Below are positions 1-10,590 of a DNA stretch of 64,000 nt, piece after piece (positions within the stretch are counted from its first letter, which is position 1; each line of letters begins with the position of its first letter). The position numbers and the translations under genes are program-made. The stretch covers positions 9,920,001 through 9,984,000 of the forward strand of contig OZ249436.1 in NCBI GenBank assembly GCA_965235115.1, read 5' to 3'. The stretch is from Laetmonice hystrix (lineage: Eukaryota). The notes beneath the pieces are model-generated. The model did no database searches. It saw nothing but the letters and a program-made list of their open reading frames with translations, and was not told where the DNA came from.

Positions 1-1031
1 ACTTTGGCATTATGTTCTAACACTAGCAATTCATTGAGCACTAAACGCAACTTTAGAACCAAATTTTCAACCACACCTCTTTATAAGTTCAAGAGCGAGA
101 ACAATAAGAAAGAAATCGTTGAAGCTTTAAACTCTTTGGTGAGAAACAACAAATTCAAATCAAAATACATTTTGCCAAGTCCATGCCTTTACCCGGGCCA
201 GCACATCACATTTTTTTAGAGGGGCAGGAAGGTCTGTCTATCAGCCACAAGTGCCTCGAGCTCTCTCTCTTCTATAGCCTTTTCCCCTGACTAATCAATG
301 ATGGAATTCATTAGCTGTGAATCGGCATTCTGGTCAGTAGTACATAGTGGATTAGTCTCCCCGAACCACTAACCCCTCAACAAAAGAACTCTGCCGTGGC
401 GGTGTCTCTCAGCCTCCCGCCTTGTGGTAGCCAGTATCCACGACAACTTGGTTCATACGACCACAGGAGTCTGACACCCAGCCGCCACAATGTGTCAGAC
501 TCCTGTGATACGACAGACCAGCACATTGCCTCTGAGTAGTGTGAACTCCTGCCCTGAATATGTATCCTCATCCTGGAGCCAAATGGTCCATATAAATCAC
601 TCTGCCAAGACCACCTATTCAGTCAGTGCTCAGATCGCCAACTATAGCAATCCAGCAGTGGTTCTACGTCTGCCACCGAATAGAACGTGCCTCAAAGTCT
701 TTTGAATGTCAGAAGCTCAATACTGTTCATAAAAAAATCAGTTTTCAAATTTCACTTCACTGAAAGAAAGTATTTCGCTCCACTTAAAAGGAGATTTTAA
801 AAATTCCAAACATCCACACATTCTTTTAAAGTCATCAAACGATGCACACCCAAAGGTTAAGAAATGGTGTAATCACTGAATGGTAAGCCTAACTAAAATC
901 GACAAGGTGCCCTGAGTGTTGAGGTCATGCCAAGCTCATTTTAATGCATGTACAGAACTTCTGCAACAGAGCAGAATACATGTAGTAGATTTCCTGCAAA
1001 TTTATTGTGTAGTACCGGTGGAAATACTTAC

Positions 1032-1080
1032 GTGTTCTCTTTTTATAAACTGGGTCATAAGCATCGGTAAAGAAGTAAGT
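1032..1080 (-). CDS. Fng: Fringe coding exon 2 (49 nt, TYFFTDAYDPVYKKRT+1 nt)
   Basis: Acceptor tctgttgcag|ACT TAC TTC TTT ACC GAT and donor ACA C|GTAAGT. Matches the Fringe T(Y/F)xFTD motif and continues in frame from exon 1. I found no exon 3 in 1-1031, so the gene continues left of the window. Confidence 0.92.
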
Positions 1081-3705
1081 CTGCAACAGAAAAACAACAA
1101 CTTAGGCTATGGGAATAATACTGATAGATGCATCAGTAGGACAGCAAAGACAGAAAGATCACTTGTGGCTGTTCTCAAAAACATTTGATCTATTACGTCT
1201 AAAGTAGAAACTGATAGTTGTTTCTCCAAGTGGCCTACTACTGATCGTACTGCAGGGTGTTGACTCCGGTAAATGGGGCAGGATGTCAACACTAGCGGGA
1301 GTGAAGTGAAGGGCACATACATATATCCCATACGGTCCCTCTGCCAACACCAATCTCTTTGATGAGAAAACTAGATAATCGCCCCTTGCCCTGACGCATA
1401 TTTTATGCCTACACTTGGCTGATGTCAAAGCCTTTTTTCAGGCATCAATTCGCCAGGATAATCGGGGTTCCTCGTCGGGGGGGGGGATCCTTTTAGTTAA
1501 TGGTACATAATAGGAAAGACAAAGCGGGTTGGTTGCGCTCTATCGAGGATGGTTGCAGTGAGTCATGTGTGACAGGGTAGGGGGTAGGGGAGGCATGCAG
1601 TCACGCTGTCTGTCTACTGTTCGTAGGGCGCAGATGCCTTCCTCAGGCTGGGTATGTCTTGACTAAGTGTGGGAAAGTGGCTGGGCAGGCAGGGCTGTCT
1701 GCCGAACCCATCTGCGACTGTGAGTGTATTGAGTCAGCCAGTGAAAGAGTGAGCAGCATCAGTCATGGTACTAAGTCATAGACATATGTCATGACTGGGG
1801 ACAGTGGGGACAGCTCCCACGTCCCAGGCTCCAAGGGCACACAGGGGATCACATGTACTACAGTAACTGCTGCTACTGCTGGGGTCGTGGCACAGAAAAA
1901 GCTGCCCTTTCCCCTAGGCTAAGTAAAACACTAGATCTAGGCCCATTCTCGAGCCCTTGCTAGTACTAACTCTTGTACCTGCATTGATGCAACTTCTTTC
2001 TTGAGGTTGTTGCAAGACCTAGGCCTATCCCATACCATAAAATACAGCAACCCCAAAGACGGCAGGTAAACCATTACAGCAAGGTGTTTTTTATGTTCCC
2101 ATTCGGCTATTTGCAATTTGGTGCTGGCAAAGTTGAGTCAGACCGTTATTGGTCAGAGTAATATACGAAAAAGGCATATAGGCACGCCACCCCCACCCCC
2201 ACCCCACCCCCTTGGCATTTACATGTACATGTTGTATAAGCATTTTCGTATTTTACAGACCTGGGGGAGGGGGCTATAGGGAGGGGGCAGGGGACCCTCT
2301 CAGATATCACACAATGAGGAATACAGATTACAACATTTGCCATACACCATTTTTTACCTCCCCTTCTGTTCTACCTACACAATATCATCACCTAAAAGGC
2401 TAAAATATGCCCTGCCAAAGTTATACACACAAATGCTTTATCATAATACGGTTGGGAAATATAATACATTTCTGAACAGGTAAGTCTACAGCAACGCTCC
2501 TTGAATCTCTATCTGATGTCCATGAAATCTCCTACCCTTTGTTTATTTCCTACCTTATCTCAGTCATTGAGTCAATCACTAATAAAAAATTGTGATAGAA
2601 AAAGGGGGGCAGCCTTTTTTCATGCCAAGATATTCAGGTCAGTGTGCACAGACCACTGACTGCGACTGCTAGGAAACCCCAAATTCCAATTCAACACCAC
2701 ATTCATTCCACCTGAAAAGAGCTGTCTTCCATGCATTGCTACAAAGTGGAGATGTGGCTACTTCAAAGTACTTTCTACAATACATGTAGTACTATCACTG
2801 TTGCAACATTTTAGAAAACATGCATGTGGCCCACCTGCCCCCCCCCCCCCTCCAAAAAAAACCCTGCTTATGTATACATAACTGATATTCTAGTTGAAGA
2901 GTGGGGCTGGGTTGGTGACACACTTCACTGCACACAACAGGTGAGTGACATTCTGCGTGACCATCTGCTGCCGTCTGAATGAGGGTGTAACCAGCTGCCA
3001 TGAGTACAGGTGGGTAGCTTCAGCAACCAATCCTTACTGTCACCAACTTGGGTACATCAATTAGAAGCACAACCAGTGGACCCCACCCCTCCAGCAACTT
3101 AGAAAAAAATAAAAGATTTATCAGGGCTTGAAAAATATGGGCGCCAACTCGCATTTGGTGAGAGAAATTATTGGCAGGACTAGGTAAATATCAAATTTTG
3201 GAGCCCTGACTGATCAACTTTTACAAAAAGTTTTTAGAAACTTTGGGACATATAGCCAATAAAAATTATGGATGATGGGGCGTGGCACTGATAAAGGGCA
3301 GGAATTGGTTGGAAAAGGCAATGTGATACACTATCCAAGGGTTCCTCAAAATTCAAAATTATCTGTTGAAATTTTGTGGGAATGTTCACTACTGTAGCTG
3401 TGTTGGCCTACTGGCATTTAAAGGGGCATGTTAGAACCAAAACTACAAAAGTGGCTTTGGGCTTTTCCAAAGAGCTTGTTTATAATTTTGATAGTTTAGA
3501 TGCATTACAAAATTGTTGGCACTACCGTAGAGACGGATAAGCAGTGATTTCCACGAGATTTCGATTTTTTTTTTACCGCTCCTTAAATTAATATAATCTC
3601 AAAGCCAAATTAGAGGATGTGTTACTTTGTAATTGTTTGTAGGCCTATGTTTGGGTTAGGCGCTATTATTATATTTAAGAGTTGAGAAAAGATTTGTTTT
3701 CTTAC

Positions 3706-4248
3706 CTGATCCCTTGCCATGATAAACCATGTGTCTAAGATGAAATCCAGTCTCATCTTGTGAAATCTTTTAGTAGTTTTCACGCTGATAAAAATATCAT
3801 TGAGTTCTGTAGCCCGGTGCTGGGGCCGACCCTGTGCCTGTGGCACCTGCAACCCGGCTGGACCGCCAGACTCTCCAAGTTTTCTAAAAGTTTTCAGATC
3901 CAGATGCCGTTTTTTAGATCTGACATCATTTGCAGGGTAATAATCCAAGCTTCGTTTTCTCCGATCTAAAGTCGAAACTCGTCTCCCCGAAATGTCCACC
4001 GGGTTTACCGGCTGTTGCATTCCCCGCTGCAGTATAAACCTCCACTTGTCAGTGTACCTAATGCCGCTCCTGTCGCCATTTTGGTATTGTTCCCCCTGCC
4101 CCCTTGCCTTCGCCGCTGGCCCCGACTCCCGCACAGATGGGGCGGTATTCGCACCATCCTTCGTGACCAGTTCGTAGACAGAATTCAACGCCAGCAAGCC
4201 GGAGAACAGAAAGACGGCCGATACCGCTCTCCGTAAGGATAAGCGCAT
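3706..4248 (-). CDS. Fng: Fringe O-fucose beta-1,3-N-acetylglucosaminyltransferase, coding exon 1 (181 codons)
   Basis: ATG at 4248. N-terminal signal anchor (AVSAVFLFSGLLALNSV), stem with RRKR, then the Fringe motif DIFISVKTTKRFHKMRLDFILDTW. Ends GAT CAG|GTAAGA (phase 0 donor); the ORF-track tail VRKQIF... is intron read-through. Confidence 0.95.
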
Positions 4249-4432
4249 CCTGACGGTCTGCTCTCACTCACCGTGCAGGAGCATTTATAGGAGCACATTC
4301 CGTCACAGCGGCCACAACTTCCATTCACGCCATGTCCCTTTCCCAAACAAGCGGCTGACCTAGGTTCACGAGGTCGAAGGTTGCAGCGGCTGCGCAGAAT
4401 ATGACTTCCGTTGTAGTCACACGGAGGAAAAC
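4249..4432. promoter_or_regulatory. Compact bidirectional promoter and 5' UTRs between Fringe (-) and STX8 (+)
   Basis: 184 bp between two divergent ATGs. Contains TATAAA on the - strand (4284-4289, facing Fringe), an ETS-like ACTTCCG (4404-4410) and a YY1-like AACATGGCG over the STX8 ATG. Confidence 0.7.
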
Positions 4433-4455
4433 ATGGCGAGCGCAAGAGACAAGTG
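4433..4455 (+). CDS. STX8: Syntaxin-8 exon 1 (MASARDK-W, 23 nt)
   Basis: aaacATGGCG start context. Ends AAG TG|GTAGGT; the split Trp codon joins exon 2 in frame (compare human MAPDPW). Confidence 0.8.
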
Positions 4456-4894
4456 GTAGGTTTTTAACAGGAAATCATTGGTATACAGCAAAGTGTGATG
4501 TGTGACACGATTACAAGATTCAGTAGAGAATAAATGGAAACGATATTTTCTAAGAGAGATAGGATCAGATAGCGGTAATTTGCCAGACTAACTGTAAATT
4601 GTCACATTGCTGTGACTCAGTGACCCACCCCACCACGGATGGCGGTGTCGATGCACGCCCCACCCCCGCCGGGGCCCCGGGGCCCGTTGACGTTGCTAGA
4701 GCCTTGCCCCAACTTGGCCTTGCCCTTGGCTTGGCCCAAGTCAAGGAATACTGCAGTGGCTTGCAATAATAATGTCATTACCTATTTAATTAAGTTGTAC
4801 ACACTGGGTAACCTAACGTTATACGGGGGGGGGGGGCTAGAGTAGTACTAGTAGTAGGGGGGCATAACCCCCCCCCCCCCAATATTTTGCAATA

Positions 4895-5217
4895 GGGCGC
4901 CTAAGTCTCGTGACCTGGTTATGCAAATGACGTTAAATAGCCTCAAACCAGCTCGCGATAGCACCAAACGTACGCCATGCGATTGTGACGTCAAAAATTT
5001 CCCCATAGGATTAGCATTGACAGGGCAGACAGGTTTACAAAAACCAGCCTGTATATTCACAATCTAACTTTCTAAACTATAAAACAAACTTTATCCTAGA
5101 GTAAACATGCCAGCAATCATGTATTGTAATGTTGAAATATTAACAGCGACTTCACTGCAGAATGAAAATATTTTAAAGTTGAAATCTCTTGAATTCTCGT
5201 GACATACTTAGGCGCCC
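4895..5217. mobile_element. MITE (323 bp) with 12-bp perfect TIRs and a TA target duplication, in STX8 intron 1
   Basis: TA|GGGCGCCTAAGT ... ACTTAGGCGCCC|TA; no coding capacity. Confidence 0.7.
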
Positions 5218-5309
5218 TATGGTGCTAGTCTCTTCAGCCTTCAGGGCTTTGTTTCTATATAACAAATAAGTATCTGTTATCGAAAAGTACTGGAAAAGTA
5301 GTGGTATAA

Positions 5310-5581
5310 CAGGGGTGGAAATTAAAGTTTTTGGGAACTAGCCAGCTGGGCTAGTAAAGTAAAAAACCAACTAGCCCTGATGAAAAATTACTAGCCCACA
5401 TGAAGGAAATGTCAGATGCCCGGGCCTGTTTTGCAATAAATTAGCCCCAGTCAGACCGGGTAAGTCAATAAGTGTGCCTATCCCCAGAATATGCTACTGG
5501 CCAACCAGGCATGTGTTTTGTCATGTCTAGTCGCCCGAGCTCGAATTCAGTCGCCTCGGTTGACTCCAAATGTCACCCCTG
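5310..5581. mobile_element. hAT-like non-autonomous element (about 272 bp)
   Basis: Ends CAGGGGTGGAAATT and AAATGTCACCCCTG are imperfect inverted repeats starting CAGGG. No intact 8-bp TSD, so probably old. Confidence 0.4.
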
Positions 5582-6144
5582 TATTTAATGGGAATATCCC
5601 ATGATGTGTACAGAGCCCTTGCGTTGCACCTTGCCCTTGGTGCCATTATTGCTGTCTAACATATTACAGGGCTTGGGCTCTGCACTTGCACTAGGTTAGA
5701 CAGGGATAACAGCATCTTTCATGGCGTCATGGGTGGGTTATTCCCTAACTATAGTATCGGTACAGCCGGATTTTGCATCATTATATGGAAAGCAAGATAT
5801 CCGAATTCTAATATCTTTCGACTTTCTCCTAAAACCTATGTCATGTTAGTGTGATAACCTACACAAAACTATTTTAGACTGTTGTAGATGAAAACAGAAT
5901 TAGCCTACTGTAATAATAACCACTCTGCATTTAACTGTACAATTGCTATTGTTCACATGCAAAGAGGTTGTAACATGTGTGCATGCTTTAATTGCCCGCT
6001 CGTGCTTCCACATGGATTTTGTCTGAACTGAGACGCCCTTGAATAGAACAAGTAGGGTACTGAAGGAAGAATTCTCGCCTCTTTGAAATTGAGTCACCTC
6101 TATGAGTGATAGAATGATGCTTTAAATGCTGTCTAATGTTCCAG

Positions 6145-6244
6145 GTTGGTTGACTATGAGAGTTGTGCCCAGTTGGGACAGGATGTCATGGAAAAGATTG
6201 CCACCAGAAACCGTAACCCAAAAGGCAGCACAGCATATACTAAG
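6145..6244 (+). CDS. STX8: Syntaxin-8 exon 2 (100 nt)
   Basis: ttccag|G TTG GTT GAC TAT...ACT AAG|GTAATG. Encodes (W)LVDYESCAQLGQDVMEKIATRNRNPKGSTAYTK, similar to the STX8 N-terminus WFSTYDSTCQIAQEIAEKIQQRN. Confidence 0.92.
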
Positions 6245-7400
6245 GTAATGATTGGCTGGTTGTTCAGTAGCACTAGTGGAAAAGCAAATTAAAGTTTTGT
6301 CAAAACATACATCTGTGCCTGGGCTGTGATCCCCCCCCCCCCCCCCGATTTAAAAAAATTATTAATGGGCCTGGATCTCCAACATTGACACCTGGTACTG
6401 AAGGCCCTGCCCCCTTGTGTACTTTGCCCAGACTACGGTCCTGATCTGTCCATTGAGGTAATTTAAGATTTTCTTATGTATGGCATCTTTTACATTTGGT
6501 TTTGAAAAGGTGATACTTATTGTGATAAATTAGTACAAATGTTATAAAGAATATTTGTTCAAATATAAGTAGATGTACCATTTTGTAGGTGTACTTATCT
6601 ATAACTGCAGTCAGGGAGCCACATTACTCTGAAATTATGTCATGTAATTTCAGGCATCAAAATCAGGGGGAGGCTCCCAAATTTGTTGCCAGGCTCCCAA
6701 AACTCTCCTACAGAGGAGTCCGGTGGGCCCCTGGATTTTTGGGGTTATCTTATAAAGAAAACCCAGATGTAGCTCTGAAAGTGACAGTCTCACTAATAAG
6801 CACATCTCAGATATGAGAATCTCCCACCAAATGGGGATTCATTCACCTTTATTCAGGTATTTTGGTCATCCTTTAGATTCATGCAAGATTGTTGAGAATA
6901 ACAAAGTCAGTAGGGGCCTATGTTGGGGGGGGGGGGGGGGTATCTGCAGATTTCAGTTGATGTATATCGTCAAGGCCGTGCAGGTTTTCATACTTTTTCC
7001 AACTTTTCCCAACCCCCTCACTAGTCGTAAAATTACGGGCCCCCAGAGTTCCTGCCTAATTTTCAATGATGAACGTGAGTAATGAATGTGAACAAATTAT
7101 TTGTAAGAAATGAAGTATTCATACCATCTCACTTTTGAAAGGGCTAGAGAAGCTGGATTATCATTTTTTTTCTTTGCTTTATAGAGGTCATGCATTGACG
7201 TCATTTGGAGGGAAACAGCATGGTTATGTTTATGTGCATGGGCATGGGCATTGTCGGAGTCGGGTCACGGTTCATTGGATTCTATTGTCCAGGGCCTATT
7301 TATCAATGTACCTCGGTTTGTCGTCCCTCCAAAATACATCACCTGCATAACCTCAATAATCGTGAAGGATGAAGTTGGTATACTTGCTATTGTATGTACA

Positions 7401-7414
7401 GAGCCCCCTGGTGG
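7401..7414 (-). promoter_or_regulatory. CTCF-like motif in STX8 intron 2
   Basis: Reverse complement is CCACCAGGGGGCTC, one mismatch from the canonical core; motif match only. Confidence 0.45.
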
Positions 7415-7495
7415 GAAACGTATGAGTTAGTCACTCAGTTGAAAACACAGGTAATTGAATTATGTAATAATGTGTATTTGTTGATGTTATTTTAG

Positions 7496-7590
7496 GAATG
7501 TGCTCACATACGCTCCTCACTACATCAGTTCTCAGCCCATCTGAATAATCTGAGACAAGACCTTGTGAGTACGGGGATGAGATACTCTAT
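7496..7590 (+). CDS. STX8: Syntaxin-8 exon 3 (95 nt)
   Basis: ttttag|GAA TGT GCT...TCT AT|GTATCC. Encodes ECAHIRSSLHQFSAHLNNLRQDLVSTGMRYS(M); phases fit both neighbours. Confidence 0.85.
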
Positions 7591-7999
7591 GTATCCTTGG
7601 CCATACACTGTTTGATGGACTTTGTGTTGTGGAGGTAGGACAGAGTAGAAGGCACTAGGACAGTGCTGAGACTGTAACCAGGGTTCTAGCTAGACCTTTT
7701 TGGTATATCGGCCCCGATATGTTTTGGCCCCAATACGTGACCCAAATCACCAATATTCAGTGTTTCAGGCCTGATATAGGAGAAAATCACTGATAAGCGA
7801 TAAAGCTGAGGATTCCAGCTTTCCACCACCCTCACCTTAGAATGGAAGTGTGTTTTTCGCTCAGATTGCACCAAATTACATCCGTTTTGTTGGGGCGGAG
7901 GGGGAGCGCAAGGGTCAATGGGATATGTTTTTGACATGAGTGCAGATGGCTGTAATTCTTGGTACATAGACTTAGTTATTTACATCCCTAGAACACATA

Positions 8000-8852
8000 T
8001 CGGATGAATAAAAAAAAACGCCCCGAACTTTAAACTTTAATATTTCAAAAACTATGCATTATAATTCGATAAAATTTCTCTCAATATCACTTCATGATAT
8101 TATCTCTGGTATGTCAAAGTTTCAGCTCAATAGCTTTGATATTAATCCCGTGGCGCTAAAAACAAAAATCAGTGTCTAAAATCGCAATGCCGGAATTAGG
8201 TCAAATATCATGCCGCTGCCAGGTGTCCAATTTGACACCTGTTTGATGCACCGCTTTGTACCTTGGGTTTGAAAAATCAAAATTTAGTTTTTGCATGTTT
8301 TACAATATGTATAATGTTGTGGGCCACTAGATTTAATAAAATATGTGCTATTCCTAGTACTTTTAGAGAAAAAGAGATGTTTAATGTGCCAAACCCTACA
8401 CAGAAACTGCAACATTAGGACGATATGACTGTAACGAGAAGTTCAAGGGAAATCGTATCATTATCACGTTTAGCAACACATTCAGAACGTTTCATATTTC
8501 CCAATGTTGGCAAGATATTTCCCTATCAGAGATCATGAAGTGCATTGGCTCATGGAAAAAGAGACTGAGAGCAGTATGGAGTGAAAACGGGGGACCGATT
8601 GACCACCTACTCTAGTGTGAGGCCATGGACTCTGGGTGCGACTACCACTCGCTTTAGGCCGGCATTGCGCTTTTGTACAATGATTTTTGTTTTAAGCCCC
8701 ACGGAAATATTATCCAAGCTATTGAGTTGTAACATTAACAACTAAGAGACAACATCATGAAGTGATATTAAGAAAAATTTCATTGAATTACAATCATTAC
8801 TTTTTGAGATATTGAAGTTTAAAGTTCGGGGCGTTTTTTTTTATCCACCCGA
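8000..8852. mobile_element. Non-autonomous Tc1/mariner-like element (853 bp) with about 195-bp imperfect TIRs, in STX8 intron 3
   Basis: TA|TCGGATGAATAAAAAAAAACGCCCCGAACTTTAAACTT... is mirrored by ...AAGTTTAAAGTTCGGGGCGTTTTTTTTTATCCACCCGA|TA. Similarity runs about 8000-8195 versus 8655-8852; TA on both flanks. Confidence 0.85.
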
Positions 8853-8995
8853 TATAACTTTGAAAGTTGAATGAATTCCGCAAAAACGGCCCTCATGAAT
8901 TGGCCCTTTAAAGTTTAAGGTAAGAAAGGTGAAGGAAGGAATTTTTAAAGTAGGAGGGGGCTCAGGGGGCAGATTTAACCTTGACCTGAATTCAG

Positions 8996-9106
8996 GACAC
9001 AAAGAGAACTGGAGCGTAGGCAAGCACAACTGGATCAGCTGTCTACCAAAGAAAAGCAACTAGATCAAGCCTTCAAAAATAATGGACGCACAGAATTTGG
9101 AAATAG
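8996..9106 (+). CDS. STX8: Syntaxin-8 exon 4 (111 nt)
   Basis: aattcag|G ACA CAA AGA GAA...AAT AG|GTAGGC. Encodes TQRELERRQAQLDQLSTKEKQLDQAFKNNGRTEFGN(R); compare STX8 TQLEGDRRQNLLDDL. Confidence 0.92.
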
Positions 9107-9341
9107 GTAGGCAGCATACTTGTATTCATATATTTTACAATAATAATATTAATTGGATCCTTTCATTTGTTTTAATTATGATTAATGTACCTTTGTCCTT
9201 TTATTTTCCTTAATTTTTTGTCATTCGAGCAGAGAAGTGCCAGGTTGTATGTGATGTGTATAACACCTGGACTATCTCATATATATTTGGAGATAAACCT
9301 GACACATTGCTTCATATTAATTAACCTCATCTTTGCCCCAG

Positions 9342-9466
9342 GTCATCCTTACTAGACATGGGACCTGGCAGTATTAACAGTAACCCCTGGGATGCCACTC
9401 CTTCAGTGGACCCTACAGGCATATCCTTCGATGACATACGACAGCAGCAGCAACATGCGATAAGAG
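9342..9466 (+). CDS. STX8: Syntaxin-8 exon 5 (125 nt)
   Basis: gccccag|G TCA TCC TTA...AGA G|GTAGAG. Encodes SSLLDMGPGSINSNPWDATPSVDPTGISFDDIRQQQQHAIR(E), with the NPW and FDDIRQQQQ motifs. Confidence 0.93.
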
Positions 9467-10361
9467 GTAGAGAATTAGGTTTTCTTCTGTTCTCTTTATT
9501 TGATAACGTAAGCTTCATTATCCTGTCATGGTAATGGACAGGATACTTTGTCTCTGTTATACAAATATTAGCCACTGTGACCCCACTTATTTCAGGTCAC
9601 AGCTTGCAACTTTATCATGTGTTATTTAAGATTCCATTGATTACTCCTCTTTATGATCTTAAAGAGTCAGAGTGATCGTGTAAACAGGTTGAGAATTTTT
9701 TTTACTGTTTTTTTATGATGTGGTCCCGACTATAAAAAGGTTGACAGAGTACGGCTAGCCAATATGATTATGAAATAACATTTTTGTGAGACTTGAGCTG
9801 TAAATAATAAATAATAATATGTTTACACCTATGTAAACCAGGGGCCACAAACTAGATTACTGATCAAAGCGAGAGGGTTTTAGAAAAAGGGCGCTAGTAT
9901 TGTAGTATAGTGGTAGTTACCGGAGTGAGTCACTACTAGGTGGCGCCTCTAAAATGTGATATCGGACAAACAAATCTCCAGGTGGCAGCACCAACAAATG
10001 CGGGCGGCAGCACTGTCGAACCCTACCAGCCGTGAAACGCCAGGACAGTTTGGTTTCAGTGAGGAAGTTTCCTTTGCTCTTTCTTTTGATGTATTTTCAT
10101 TGAAACAAATCAGACCTAGACGATAGAAACAAAAAAGCAAACCTTGCTGTGCTAAATTCTGTCATCCTTTTGACCTAATGGAGAGGATAGTTTAATTTTT
10201 CTCGCAAGGTCTTACAAACATATCACTGGAGAAGAGTAGGGCGTGGTCCCGATGACCTCCTATATCATTTCACAATCGTCATTAGACAGTTGAAATAAGA
10301 AAAAAGAAACTTTTCCCGTCCCAAAGATTGCCAATAGGTGCCAACAGGACGAAATTCTGTG

Positions 10362-10590
10362 TAAGGTCAGGTGCAAAATATCACTGGTGTACATAGAGGA
10401 TTTATCTAAGGTCAGGTGCAAAATATCACTGGTGTACATAGAGGATTTATCTAAGGTCAGGTGCAAAATATCACTGGTGTACATAGAGGATTTATCTAAG
10501 GTCAGGTGCAAAATATCACTGGTGTACATAGAGGATTTATCTAAGGTCAGGTGCAAAATATCACTGGTGTACATAGAGGATTTATCTAAG
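10362..10590. repeat. Perfect 45-bp minisatellite, 5 copies
   Basis: (TAAGGTCAGGTGCAAAATATCACTGGTGTACATAGAGGATTTATC)x5 plus TAAG; explains ORFs 10260-10610 and 10387-10626. Confidence 0.97.

Noticed and set aside
377-571. Possible Fringe exon 3 (a GNVLV-like word in one - strand frame)
   Set aside because: No NCS...CKM motif, and a stop follows shortly; exon 3 is probably left of the window.
3122-3208. Short CAGGGCT...AGCCCTG inverted ends (hAT-like relic)
   Set aside because: Only a 7-bp perfect TIR and no TSD; too weak to call.
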